This document shows positions 1 through 12,402 of a DNA stretch of 64,000 nucleotides, in pieces. Within the stretch, counting starts at the first letter, position 1. Every line of letters begins with the position of its first letter. This DNA is from Octopus sinensis. Taxonomy: Eukaryota. Made by a program: the position numbers and the translations under genes. The DNA is taken from NCBI RefSeq assembly GCF_006345805.1, contig NC_043003.1:52638001-52702000 (forward strand). Reading direction: 5' to 3'. The notes beneath the pieces are model-generated. The model saw only the letters and a list, made by a program, of their open reading frames with translations. It ran no database searches and was not told where the DNA came from.

Positions 1-997
1 AGGCAGAGGAACAGATACAGGTGTCCTGCTGTAGAGGAGATACACAATCAGAGAGAGAGAGAGAGTTAACAAGAATGAAGACAGAAATACGTGTGCCTGC
101 TGCAAAAGGAAGACATGGTTATCTAACCAGAGGGGAGAGTAAGAGAATTCCTTTCCAATATTCCGAAAAATCATATTTTGAAAAATATTACCTTATTTGG
201 GAACAGATGTGGGTTAGCAACAAGAAGGACATCTGACTATAGAAAACCAGCCTCAACAAACTCTGTCTGACCCATGCAAGCACAGAAAGTGGATGTTAAA
301 TGCTGATGAAGAAGGCCTGGGTAAAGTTTTTAAAGTGGACCAGCAGTGACTACACCTGCAAGTCTCTATGTTCCATAACATTGCTGATACCCAAGGGAGA
401 ATGGTAAGAGGGTCAACACAGCTTAGCACCAGTCTCATTGCAGGTATTGCCATCAAAATACATAGTCTCAACTAAAACACAAGGAATCTAGTATAACATT
501 TTCAGTTTCACTAATCCATTGTTCTGTGCAGGGAGTAAAGTCAGGAGAACTAATGTTCTGGAAAGAGTGGCTTGGATATATTGATATGAGTGAACCTGGA
601 AACATAATATGGGTGATGAGAGAAAATAATGAGTGAGTTGGGAGTATCTGAATAGATGTGGCATGAGAACAGCAAGCTATTAGGAGCAGAGGTCTCTATT
701 GCATTGCAGATGTAGGAAAAGCAGAAAAAGGAGACAATATATTTGTAGACCAGAGGTGCTCTTTCTCTGGATGTGTGTGTGTGTGTAACAACAGTACTAT
801 TTCAGATATAGGAGTAGTACCTCATTCTGTGTTTCACCTGAGCTTTTATGATGCAGTTTCCACTATACTGAAGGCATATATTTGCCAAGAGACATTAACA
901 GTGATGAATGAGCCTTAGACAAACATAAACAATTCTGTCACAAAAACACAAAATTAGCTGCAACATCAATAGCTCCAAAACTCTATGCTGGGATAAA

Positions 998-1226
998 TAT
1001 TGGGTTGTCCGGAAAGTTTGTGCCGTTTTATAGTAGCTTACCTTTCAACTAACCCTCCCAGGCACCTCAATTCTGGGAAGAGGGTATTTTCAAGTTAAAG
1101 GAAAGATGGAGATGCATTGTGCAACAAAATGGTTCATATTTGGTTGATTAAAAATGTAATGGCAAGTATTTATTGTCCTTTTTCTTTCCTTTAAAAATCG
1201 GCATGAACTTTCCGGACAACCCAATA
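998..1226 (+). mobile_element. Non-autonomous mariner (Tc1/mariner) deletion derivative
   Basis: TIRs TATTGGGTTGTCCGGAAAGTT(T/C)(G/A)TGCCG at both ends with terminal TA. Interior encodes a mariner-like transposase C-terminus (PQFWEEGIFKLKERWRCIVQQNGSYLVD*). Confidence 0.85.
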
Positions 1227-1469
1227 CCACCAACAATAAATGCAGCAGAAACAATTACTGCTGCATTCTGACTAAGTCTCTGTTACAGCTACCACTAGGA
1301 TTTATAAGCTTATAGATACAGATATGACTAGAGAGAGAATACATGTCAATTCTTCAATGTACCCATATAATTAACCACTGCATGTTGTAATATGGTGTAT
1401 TGTCCTCAGCTAAGCAGAGATATGGAATAACTGGAACTATAGATATCTGGATGCTTGACTGAATATAAC

Positions 1470-2047
1470 CTCACATCCTTCCACACAGATGTTAACTTAG
1501 ATTACATATTCTTTCAAACTGTTCTTAACCTAGATTACACAATCTTCCACACTTGAATATGAACTTGGATAATATTACCTTTCATAGTGTTGTTGGTTTC
1601 AGCAGCACAACTTTCCTCAGGATTGTTGGTTTGGACACCAGCACAACTTTCCACAGAGTTCTTGGTTTCAACAACACAACGTTCCAACGAGGTGCTAGTT
1701 TGAATGGCAGCACTATCTTCCAAAAAATTCTTAGTTTCAACAGTGGCACAACCTTCCACAATGTTGTTGACTGAGACAGCAACAAAACCTACCATAGGAT
1801 TGTAAGTTTGATCAGCAGTACAGCCTTCTGCAGCGTTCTTAGTTTGGACAACACAATCTTCCACAGAAATGTTGGGCTGGACAGCACAATTTTCCATAGT
1901 ATTCTTCAATTGGACAGTATTACTCCCTGCAGTGTTCTTGGTTTGAAAAACGCAGCCTCCAACAGAATTGTCGGTGTTCATAATACAATCTTCAACAGTT
2001 TTATTACTTTGGACAGCACTGTATTCTTCCATGTTATTGCTTTGGAC
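1470..2047 (-). repeat. Coding minisatellite, 33-36-nt units (consensus about VQTxNxVExCx); about 14 units in the exon plus decayed units past the donor
   Basis: VQSNNMEEYSA, VQSNKTVEDCI, VQLKNTMENCA, VQPNISVEDCV, VQTKNAAEGCT and further units in the translation. Degenerate units with stops continue to about 1470. Confidence 0.85.
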
Positions 2048-3414
2048 AATATCACTTTTTACAGTGTTGTTGGTTGAGAATGCACTGTCTTCAGCAATGT
2101 TATTTTTATCATCAACAGGTTTGGCAAGATCAGATTCAATCTTAGTAAATGGTTGGTTGAAGTTAGGTAGTGTGGTATTATTTAGTTTTGTATTGGAATC
2201 AGAGCAGTGATTTTCTGTGGCATTACTTGTGGAGAAATTTTGCATTTTAAAGGAAAATTTTACAAGGGGTGATGACTGATGGATTTGACTTGCAGTAGGA
2301 TATGAAAAACGTTTAGTTTTTCCTTTTAATCTACTTTTCCTGCTTAAAGAAAGACTGGCTGTTGACTTAGGTTTCACTGTTACATTTGAGTCACAAGAGA
2401 CTAATAAATCTTTATGCTGTTTACTTTCTACATAGTTACACACTGAATGACAGTTAATATTTTTACTTTCAGAAGACCTTTCAGAAACATCATCTACCAA
2501 TTTAATTTCTGACAAATTTGTAACTGAATCAAATTTTTCAACATGTTTTTCTTGACTATGTATATCATTTACACAATCTTTGACAATTTCTAAATTATTT
2601 TGAATGGAAGAATCATGTTGCTTTGACTGAGGTTTCTCTACATGTAATTCTATGCTGTGAGGTACGTGGTTTTTGTCAATATCCAGATTCACAACAGTCG
2701 TAGATGCTTCACAAATCTTCACTGGATCCTCTAATGCTCTTAAAGAATTTTTCTCACATGCTGCAGATTCAAATGAAGAATTAAAATCTGAACTTTTGCA
2801 ACAATTGACAACTTCTTCATTGAATTCAAATTTATTTTCGTCAGAAACTAAACCTGTTACAGATGGACTATGATCTACATTAGCCACGAGGGAATTATGA
2901 TCTGGAGTTCGTCCATCTGATACTTGATTAAAGGAATGTATATCAGTTGACTGGCATAACAATGGATTTACTGAAACCAAATCCCACTTTGACTGATTTT
3001 TCTGTGGAATTGAAGAAGGTATGTCTGAGAAATGAACACTCTTGTGCGTTGAAGTCTGTTGTTTATTTTTAATTAAAATAGAATGCAGTAGAGAATTGTC
3101 TTTGTTAATACAATCAGCTGGAGGAGTCGACATGCTTGCTTTTTCAGATACATCAAAATTAGCAGTTGCGTAACTTTTAGAATCATCTTTATTAACAGCT
3201 TCAAATAATACTGGGGATGAAACTTCCATAGAATATTCTGAGATGTCAGTTGTAGTAAAGGTTTTGTCATTTTCATTCAACTCGGTATGGATTGTTGAAG
3301 ATAATATAGCAGAATCTTCCAATTCGGATGTCTCTCCATTTGGAGAAAATAAAGCGCGGGCAAAAAATTTTGATTGAGTAATTTGTCCTGTATTGTCGTC
3401 ATCTTTACACTCAT
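1579..3414 (-). CDS. BRCA2: BRCA2 large internal exon (1836 nt, phase 1-1), S/N-rich disordered region
   Basis: Acceptor tttttcag|ATGAGT at 3414 and donor AAAG|gtaata at 1579. Open frame DECKDDDNTGQ...MK, continuing the 595-aa ORF-track ORF. Phase matches the SWTSSLATPP exon. The donor is the best of several candidates. Confidence 0.8.
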
Positions 3415-3555
3415 CTGAAAAATATGGATAATATATAAGCAGTTAAACTACGTCAATAAATTCACTATAAAGTTTGAATGCATACAATGACGATGATGAC
3501 ATCCCAAACTACTGCTATTAAACTTGTGATTAATATTAAAAAAAAGTTATGGTAG

Positions 3556-3762
3556 TAAGGCGGCAGAATCATTTACACACCAGGCTAAATGCTTAGTGGT
3601 ATTTTATCTGCCTTTACATTCTAAGTTCAAATTCTGCTGAGGTCGACTTTGTCTTTCATCCTGTTAAGATCAATAAAATAAGTACCAGTTGAGCACTGCA
3701 GTTGATGTAATTGAGTAGCACCCACCCTTGAACTTGCAGGCTTTGCACCAAAATTTGAAATA
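3556..3762 (+). mobile_element. tRNA-derived SINE family A (Meta/MESC-like central domain), diverged copy
   Basis: aaggcggcag head, then gttcaaattctgctgaggtcgactttgtctttcatcc...aataagtaccag; similar to 6559-6795. Confidence 0.75.
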
Positions 3763-3863
3763 AGAAAAGTAAAGCCTAAGGAGAAAAACACAGGAACTTA
3801 ATTTAAATAATATATACAAGAAACAAATTTAAATGTCTAAATAACTATTTTAAATATTTGTAC

Positions 3864-4006
3864 CTTCAGAACTGGTCTTAATATAACCAGGTGGAGTTGC
3901 CAAAGAGCTGGTCCAAGAGTAAGTAGTATCATCCAAGCTAATACCCAAACTGTTCTTGTTATTTGTTGTAGAAGTTGAGAAAAATTTATCTTCAGGCTGG
4001 TTGAAG
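3864..4006 (-). CDS. BRCA2: BRCA2 exon (143 nt, phase 2-1)
   Basis: atttcag|CTTCAAC...GAAG|gtacaa. Translates FNQPEDKFF...DDTTYSWTSSLATPPGYIKTSSE, matching the conserved BRCA2 motif DMSWSSSLATPP (human exon 7 region). Confidence 0.9.
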
Positions 4007-5029
4007 CTGAAATAATTATTTACAGAACATAATAGTGATATTTATAACAGAATGTGTCATTCTAATATTACAGAACAGAAGCATTTTACTTTTTAATCAC
4101 ATTGCACTTGGTTCATGACTATTTGATAAATGTTAAGAATGGAAATCAGAGAAACACTATTCATCATGATTCATTTTAACGTCCACTTTTCCAGGCTTGC
4201 ATGCATAGGTCGGATGGAGAGTTTATTGAGGCAGACTTTTTATGGCTGAATGCTGTCCCTGTCACTAATCCTTACCTGTTTCTAAGCAAGGTAATGTTTC
4301 CCCATGACTGGACATGTTTTCACGTAATATTGGAAATGAATGACACCCATTTACAACCCTCACACATTATTAAGACAAGACACACACACACCACACACAC
4401 ACACATACACGCACTCACAAATGCACACATGATTTTCTTTTAGTTTCTGTCAAACAAATCCATTCATGAGGCTTTGATTGGTCTAGAACTAAAGTAGACA
4501 CTAGTCCAGGGCCACATAGTAGGACTGAACCTGAGACCATCTGGTTAGGAAGCAGAGTTCTTAATCACACACCCACAAATGTGCACATCTGTTTTCATTG
4601 TTGGTATAGGTTGGATGGTTTGCAATGGTTTGAGTCAGTTCTAATTCGAAGGTCCATGTCTTACTAATATGTTTTATATTTGGCTTGGTTTCTTGGGTTG
4701 GAAGCTCTTTCTAACACAAACCACAATACATTATACACAGGATACACATTAGATAGGTTGTCATGACCATGGCAAGACTAAAGAGTCCCATTGGCTCTAT
4801 GTTGACTCTGTTCAATTATGCAATTGATATATAGAAAGTGTGGGGTGCACCTTATGATGGCACCAGCAATGGTAGGGTGCCTTGTAACTTGGGTGACAAA
4901 AGAGCCTACACAGCTCTCAGAGGGATATTAAGAGAGAGGGTGAGAGCATAAGTTGAGATAATTTAAAGCATATTGGGAAGCATAGATTTATTGTTGAAGA
5001 AAGAGTAGTGCTAGAGATTAGTGGTGTGT

Positions 5030-5625
5030 GTGTGTGTGAGTGTAAGTACATATGTATATACAAGCATATTACCTTGCTTGGAAACTGGTGAGAGATCATG
5101 AAGGGCTTTCTTGTGCATGTCTGATGGGTGATGCTAGTGTCAAGTAACCAGCACCCATGCCGGTGGCACATAAAAAGCACCTTTTGAGAAGTGGGCCACA
5201 TGGAGGCAAAGTGGCTGAGTTCCTTTCGAGCATTGGGCCTCATGAAGGCAAAGTGGTTGAGCTCCTTTTGAGTGTTGGGCCACGTGGAGGCAAAGTGGCT
5301 GAGCTCTTTTTGTGTGTTGGCCCTCACAGAGACAATGACTGAGACCAATGGCATTATGTCGTGCTTGAGAAGAAGACCCATCAAACTGAGCAAAATTGCA
5401 GTCATGGCACATACAGGTGTCATGCAAATGGCACCCATGCCAGAGGTATGTAAAAGACCCAATCACACTCTTAGAGTGGTTGACATTAGGAAGGGTATCC
5501 AGTAGTAGAAACCATGCCAAATCAGACTGGAGTCTGGTGCAGCCTTCCAGCTTGTCAGCTCTGGTCAAACCGTCCGACCCATGCCAGGATGGACAACAGA
5601 CGTTAAATGATGATGATGACGATGA
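5030..5625 (+). mobile_element. RTE-type 3' end / RTE-tailed non-autonomous element with internal ~39-nt tandem units
   Basis: Ends gaccca tgcc...gacgttaaatgatgatgat like the RTE tail. About three units of gggccacatggaggcaaagtggctgagctcctttt at about 5180-5320. Confidence 0.65.
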
Positions 5626-5640
5626 TCCTTTGTATAAACT

Positions 5641-6049
5641 CTTTTACTTGTTTCAGTCATTTGACTGTGGCCATGCTGGAGCACCACCTTTAGTCGAGCA
5701 AATCAACCCCCAGGACTTATTCTTTGGAAGCCTAGTACTTATTCTATCAGTCTTGTTTGCCGAACTGCTAAGTTACGAGGGATGTAAACACACCAGCATC
5801 GGTTGTTAAGCGATGCTGGGGGGACAAACACAGACACACAAACACACACATACATATATATATGTATATATATATAAAGATATACACGACGGTCTTCTTT
5901 CAATTTCCGTCTACCAAATCCACCCACAAGGCTTTGGTGGGCCCGAGGCTATAGTAGAAGACACTTGCCCAAGGTGCCACGCAGTGGGACTGAACCTGGA
6001 ACCATGTGGTTGGTAAGCGAGCTACTTACCACACAGCCACTCCTACGCC
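5641..6049 (-). mobile_element. tRNA-derived SINE family B (CORE-like ccttgggcaagt) with internal microsatellite
   Basis: On the minus strand: head ggcgtaggagtggctgtgtggtaag, CORE-like motif, central (TA)n(TG)n, tail ...gaaacaagtaaaag. Confidence 0.85.
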
Positions 6050-6558
6050 TATAAAGTAAAGACAGTCGAATACCGTTAAGCATTTCGCCCTGCGTGCTAA
6101 TACTTCTTCCAATTCGCAAACTCATATATACACAAAAATAAAGATACATATATCAAATCTTTAGGGCAATGCAATTATAAAGCAATTTACATATTTGGAT
6201 AAGTTTGCATGCTGTGGGAAATATAGAATAAAAAGAAAACAAAAATCTTTGAGAAGTGCTTTACTTGACAACTCATCTCACCTATGGTATGCAAAATTAT
6301 TCGAATTTGCAAACTTTGCTAAATGATATTTTCAGTGATGCAGCCCTTGTATAGTTTTCCAAAGGAGTCTGGATTTAACTTATTACATATACTAATAGAA
6401 GTAAAAGCATGGGCTGTGTAGTTAAGAGATTTTCTTCCCAACAACATGGTTTAGAGTTCAGTCCCACAGTATTATATCTTAGGCAAATGTCATCTACTAT
6501 AGCACTGAAATGACCAAAGCATTGTGGATTTGGTAGATAGAAACTTGTGTATATAAGT

Positions 6559-6795
6559 AAGGCGGCGAGCTGGCAGAAATGTTAGCACGCTGGGCAAAAT
6601 GCTTAGCGGTATTTCATCTGCCGCTACGTTCTGAGTTCAAATTCTGCCGAGGTCAACTTTGCCTTTCATCCTTTCGGGGTTGATTAAATAAGTACCAGTT
6701 ATTCACTGGGGTCGATATAATCGACTTAATCTGTTTGTATGTCCTTGTTTGTCCCCTCTGTGTGTAGTCCCTTGTGGGCAGTAAGGAAATAAAAA
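6559..6795 (+). mobile_element. tRNA-derived SINE family A (Meta/MESC-like)
   Basis: ggcggcgagctggcagaaatgttagcacg...gagttcaaattc...ctttgcctttcatcctttcgggg...aataagtaccag...gtccttgtttgtcccctct. Family name recalled from the literature, not searched. Confidence 0.8.
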
Positions 6796-6798
6796 ACT

Positions 6799-6849
<51 letters not shown>

Positions 6850-7205
6850 ATAAGTGTGTGTGTATGTGTTTTTTTCTCTCTTAGTAGTGACCATGCATAA
6901 TAGTTGTAGATGAGTGTCACCACCATACAATTCTGTAGAAACGTGTCCAGACATGGAGAAATATCATCTTGCTGGGAAATAGGTGAGGACTGGTGACAGG
7001 AATGGTATTCAGGCATAGAAATTCTGACAGAATGAATTCTATTTCAGCCCCTTGCAAGCATGGGAAAGCGGACATTAAAATAATAAATGATGACAATAAT
7101 GATGATTACAGAGAATTTGATACATGTGGGAACTGAATCCCAATAGAATGTAATTGTAAATTAAATCTCAATAAAAAGAATAGAAAATGTAAATTTGGAA
7201 AATAC

Positions 7206-7329
7206 CTTTTGGAATGTAGACTTAGTGATGAAGAGCAGTGACTAGAGTCATTCTCAGACAAAATGGAATGTTCTTCAAAAATGTTCTGCTTATGAGATTT
7301 TTTCTTATTACCACAATAAGGAGTTGATG
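7206..7329 (-). CDS. BRCA2: BRCA2 exon (124 nt, phase 1-2)
   Basis: atttttactcccttag|CATCAACT...AAAAG|gtattt. Open frame ASTPYCGNKKK...SLHSK. Its phases bridge the 11999 donor (phase 1) and the 4006 acceptor (phase 2) exactly. Confidence 0.75.
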
Positions 7330-8494
7330 CTAAGGGAGTAAAAATGCATTTATTCATATAATTAGGTGATAGTGGAATTAACATTTTATCAAATGTTTAT
7401 GTGTAAAAAAAAAACAAAAAAAAACATCACTAATGAATACTGTATTTGATGATATGTAAGGCACATTTCTCTCCCCTCAAATCTCTTGAAAACTCAGCCC
7501 AGGTCTCATATGTGAAATTGGGCCAAAATTACATGCTTTGATGCAATAAAGACGCCAGTACCATGTGGCTGATTCCAGTACCCCCTGACTGGTTCCTGTG
7601 CCGGTGGTACGTAAAAAGCACTATCTGAACGTGATTGATGCCAAGCCCACCTGACTGGCTCCTGTGCTGGTGGCACGTAAAAAGCACCCACTACATTCTC
7701 GGAGTGGTAGGCATTAGGAGGGGCATCCAGCTGTAGAAACATTGCCAGATCAGATTGGAGCCTGGTGCAGCTGCTGGCTCTCTAGACCTTAGTCAACCAT
7801 CCAACCCATGCCAGCAAGACTTTGATTGGCTTGAGCTATAGTAGGTGATACTTGTCCAAGATGCCACAAGGCTGGATTGAATTCATAACTATATGCTTGG
7901 GAAACAAACTTCTTAACCACACAGTTGTCCCTGTGTCATACATATGTGCAGAGAGGTGATAGTTTCAAAGAAAATTGCCAGGCCGCTCAAAGCTAGAAGT
8001 CTGAGAGTTAAGAAATCAATGGTTTTGATTGATTGTATATATATATAACGGGAAGCTTTATGAAAATAAACAAAAGACGAAGGCAGGTGGAATACAAACA
8101 AACAATTGTATTAGTATGGCGCTCAGGAATTGTTTCGAGCCTACACTCTTCAACAGAAAGATACACAGAAAAGTAACACAGAAAGAAACAAGAAGAGAAA
8201 AAAAATGCGTGCAGAAGCTAGCGAATCAACATGGCGATATATATATGCAATAGATCAGGATTCAAGTGAATCAGGCACTTAAATGATAAAGCATTGGGCC
8301 AGGTCGAAAATTAAAAGGTGTACACAACAAAATTAGAGGAATACACGTGTGGGTAGCAAAGTACAGACAGAACGATATTCATGTATTCACCTGATGAAAA
8401 CAGTTTTTCCTAATGATGTAATTTCTCCATTAATCAATTAAAAATTTGTTGGAAACAGCTGTAGTGAAATAACACATTATCCATCTCATCATCA

Positions 8495-8945
8495 TTTAAC
8501 GTCCGTTTTCCATGCTAGCATGGGTTGGACAATTTGACTGAGGACTGGCAAATCAGATGGTTGCACCAACTCCAATCTGATCTGGCAGAGTTTCTACAGC
8601 TGGATGCCCTTCCTAATGCCAACCACTCTGAGAGTGTAGTGGGTGCTTTTACATTCCACCGGCACGAGGGCCAGTCAGGCAGTACTGGCAACAGCCACGC
8701 TCAAATGGTGTTTTTTATGTGCCACCTGCACAGGAGCCAGTCCAGCGGCACTGACAATGACCTCACTCGAATGTCTTTTCACATGCCACCGGCACAAGTG
8801 ACAGTGAGGCGATGCTGGTAATGATCATGCTCGAATGGCGCTTTTTACGTGCCACTGGCATGGAAGCCAGTTTGTTGCTCTGGCAATGATCACACTCAGA
8901 TGGTGCTCTTAGCGCTCCACTAGCACGGATGCCAGTCATCAAATT
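8495..8945 (-). mobile_element. 5'-truncated RTE LINE 3' UTR
   Basis: catcatcatttaacgtccgttttccatgctagcatggg tail plus tandem tgccaccggcac units, as in 22091-22717. Confidence 0.8.
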
Positions 8946-11674
8946 TGATTGTTGTTATTTATTTATTTATTTATATATCAATCATCATCATAATCATCAT
9001 CATTGTTTTAATGTTCCTTTTGCCATGCTCACTTTTGTTGGATGGAATTTGTTGAAGTGGATTTTCTATGCTCTGGTAATAGAAAGAGCATCTAGCTGTA
9101 GAAAATCTGCCTCAATAAACTCTGTTTGACCCAAAGAAGTCTGGAAAAGTGGACGTTAAAATGATTTCTCCCTAAATTCGTTGACTATGGGTTTGAAAGG
9201 GTAATTAACAAATCGGAGAGATTTAATGAAATAATTTACTTTTTCATTAATAAGTTAATGTTTGGAACATTCTTCAATAGAGATTTCCATTTAAATATGA
9301 ACTCAGTAAAATGGATAGTTATTGTGTAAAGGAACAAGATGAAACTCAGCAGGTTTGAATAAAAAGGGTTAGAATATAATTTTGAAAGTCATGCACTTTG
9401 AATTTTAGGACTAATATTTTGAGCCATAAATTCTATTTTAGTAAGAACACACATACACAAAGATAAAAGCTTATCAAATTATATTTACTGAAATAGAATT
9501 TTTAAAAAATGGAAACAGTTTTAGGAAATAGATATAACTAGTAAAGATGTATCTAATTCCCATTCATGACTAATCTGCTGCTGTTGTTTTACGTGAATAA
9601 CTGCTTTCGTAAACAGAGAACAAGCTATGTACAGTTATTTCCCTTGGCTTATTTTTCAAACCTATACAACTGACCAAATGTCCTTGTTAACTGTTTTCCT
9701 ATCTATAAAAACTTAGGTTTAATAATCAAAGCAGGCTTAAGACAACTGATTCACTGCTGAGTTTTAATAAGATCAAAAGATGTGTAATTGTTGCTGACAT
9801 ATTTTGGTGTTATAAAACTCAATATAACATTGCCTGCCAACGAAGGTCAAGTATTCTCTCAAAGCATGAAAATACAATTTCCTGAGAAATATATATCTTT
9901 TATCTTTTACTTGGGCCATGGCCATGCTGGGGAAATGCTTTGAACTGTTTAGTCAAACAAATCGACTCCAGTATGTTTTCTTTTAAGTCAGGTAATCATT
10001 CTATCGGTCTGTATTGTCGAACTGCTAAGTTACAGGAATGTTAAATAAACCAATATCAATTGGGGCAGAGCAAACACACACGGCAAATTCAATCACAAGG
10101 CACTGGTGAGTCTGAGGTTATGGTCAAAGACACCTGCCCAAGGTGCTGTGTAGCAGGATTGAACACAAAACCACATAGTTGCCAAACGAAATTCTTAACC
10201 ACAGAACCATGATAGTCATTAACGGTTCCGCTAGGTTTAAGTTTCCTTTCTCTAGATATGATACAAATTTTAATTCATTAAGAATTTTTTCCATATATCA
10301 TTCAGTACTTTACCACCTACCTGAATTACTTAAAGCAGCTATTTATCTACATTCCACATACTTAAAAAAAAAAAAAAAAGGGAAAAAAATTTCACAATAC
10401 AAATAATATAAGAGTAGCATGTTTGATTGTCACTTCTTTTGTCCAGATATTCAGCAGTTATGGTAACTGTTAATCCTCATCAGCCACAAACACATTGCAG
10501 CCCTTGGGAATTTGCATTGTCATGTGAGATTATATAGCAGCTCTAAATAGGCAAACGATGTTTTAGTAACAAATACATATTTTGAAATGTGAAAAGAAAC
10601 ACAGAAATAATGTACAATCCCATTATCAGAAACAGAAATTAGTCCATTGTAACATATAGTATATTGGTGTGACCTATTTTCGAAAAGACTCGAAATTTGG
10701 GATTTAAAAATACATTCACAGATTAATCTATTCAACTGTATTGAAGAGAAAAGAATCTCTCTAATTAAGTTGACATCAGGTCAATAACCCACTGTTTAGT
10801 GTATTGTGATAGCATATGACATTGTGTCAGTTGAACTTACATATGGAAATAACAATATGTTATTAGCACAAGCAAAAAAAAATACAGGTTTCAAATTCTC
10901 ACACAAGGCCAGCAATTTAAGGGGGAGGGATAAGTCGATTACATCGACCCCTGTGCGTAACTAGTACTTATTTTATGAACCCTGAAAGGAAAGCTGATTG
11001 CAGCAGAATTTGAACTCCGAATGTAAAGAGCTGGCAAAAATTGCTGTTAAGAATTGTGTCCAACAAGTTAAAGATTCTATCAACTTTCCACCTTAGCCAA
11101 AAGAAATAATAAAAGAGAAAGTTTCTTTCTTATTCAACATGATATCATGTCACTGCGTCATGTTTGGAGAAGCAAACAAAAAGTGGGAAGAATTTAAGAA
11201 ACCAGAGTGAGGTAATGAAAATAAGAGATATTCAGTGTAATTGTTTGAAATTTTGGTGCAAGGCCGGAAATTTTAGTGGGATGGGGTAAGTATCGCTGGT
11301 ACTTTATTTTATCAACCTTCAAGAAAATGAAAGGCAAAGTGGAATTTAAACTCAGAATGTAACAGGTTAGAAGAAATACTACAAAGCATTTTGTCCACCG
11401 TTTTAATGATTTTGCCAGCTTGCTGCCATATTATATAATACTACAACTGATATGATGATTGCTCTTTTGGATTCCAACGAAGTAGGGAACAAAAATTAAA
11501 AATGAAATAAAGGCTGGTTTGTGTTTATATTCTTTGATGCAAGATCAACAGCTGGTAACAATGTCATTTATTTTTTAAATAATATATATCTAGAATTGCA
11601 ATATTTAATACTTTTCTTTTTAAGATGATACACAAAAGCGCAATTTCATAGAAATTTTAATAGTAATTTTATAT

Positions 11675-11868
11675 ACTCTTTTACTTGTTTCAGTCATCTG
11701 ACTGTGGCCATGCTGGAGCACCGCCTTTAGTCGAGCAAATCGACCCCAGGACTTATTCTTTGTAAGCCTAGTACTTATTCTATCGGTCTCTTTTTGCTGA
11801 ACCACTAAGTTACGGGAACCATGTGGTTGGTTAGCAAGCTACTTACTACACAGCCACTCCTACGCCTA
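11675..11868 (-). mobile_element. SINE family B copy with internal deletion
   Basis: Tail half joined directly to head half at agttacgggaaccatgtgg. Confidence 0.75.
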
Positions 11869-11998
11869 TGGTCAAGTGCCTACAGAGAAATTTTGCCATT
11901 GGTTAAATGCATTTTTTTTTTAATCGATCAGTATGAATTAGAAAAATACTGCTCCCTGAGTACACTTAGATAGAATTCATTTAATATCATATAATTAC

Positions 11999-12130
11999 CT
12001 TGAACAGGACTTCCAGTGAGTGTCAACAGGTCTGAGGCTTCATTGTTGAAAATAGTGGCATTGTTGGAAAGTGCATTCTTCTCAAGTAACCTTTGCAGTG
12101 ATAATTTTATAAACCAGTTGGAAGTTGGTT
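11999..12130 (-). CDS. BRCA2: BRCA2 exon (132 nt, phase 1-1) with PALB2-binding NWF motif
   Basis: gaaattttcag|AACCAACT...CAAG|gtaatt. Translates PTSNWFIKLSLQRLLE...LTGSPVQ, resembling human PISLNWFEELS and LYQSPVKE. Confidence 0.85.
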
Positions 12131-12402
12131 CTGAAAATTTCAAAAGAAATTAGTAAATGTTAACAGAGCATTATACATGATATATCATCACCATTATCAT
12201 TAAACATCCACTTTTCCAAGCTTGCATAGGTCAGACAGAGTTTATTTGAGGTAAATTTTTTCCTTGCCACTGACCATCACCTGTTTCTGGCCAAACATGT
12301 TCTTGTAGAATATTGGAAATGAATGATGTTGCTTGAACGGCAATGACATTCATTCCCTATCATGCAAAATCAGAACAAGCATGGACAGACGGAAGGACAC
12401 AT

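Noticed and set aside
2270-2780. BRC repeats in the large BRCA2 exon (YPTASQ, FESA)
   Set aside because: No FxTASGK core with the downstream hydrophobic/acidic module; BRC repeats are expected left of the window.
3320-3322. ORF-track start of the 595-aa protein (MEDSAIL)
   Set aside because: The codon is TTG inside an exon; the frame continues to the splice acceptor at 3414.
5180-5330. CRISPR-like array in the 39-nt repeats (also the tgccaccggcac units at 12.6, 22.3, 27.4 and 28.1 kb)
   Set aside because: Tandem degenerate units without unique spacers, inside retroelement 3' UTRs in a eukaryotic genome.
9575-10740. Additional BRCA2 exons near 9590-9660, 9800-9872 and 10520-10736
   Set aside because: Acceptor-like sites exist, but frames stop or donors are weak, and the 11999 and 7329 exons already join in phase.
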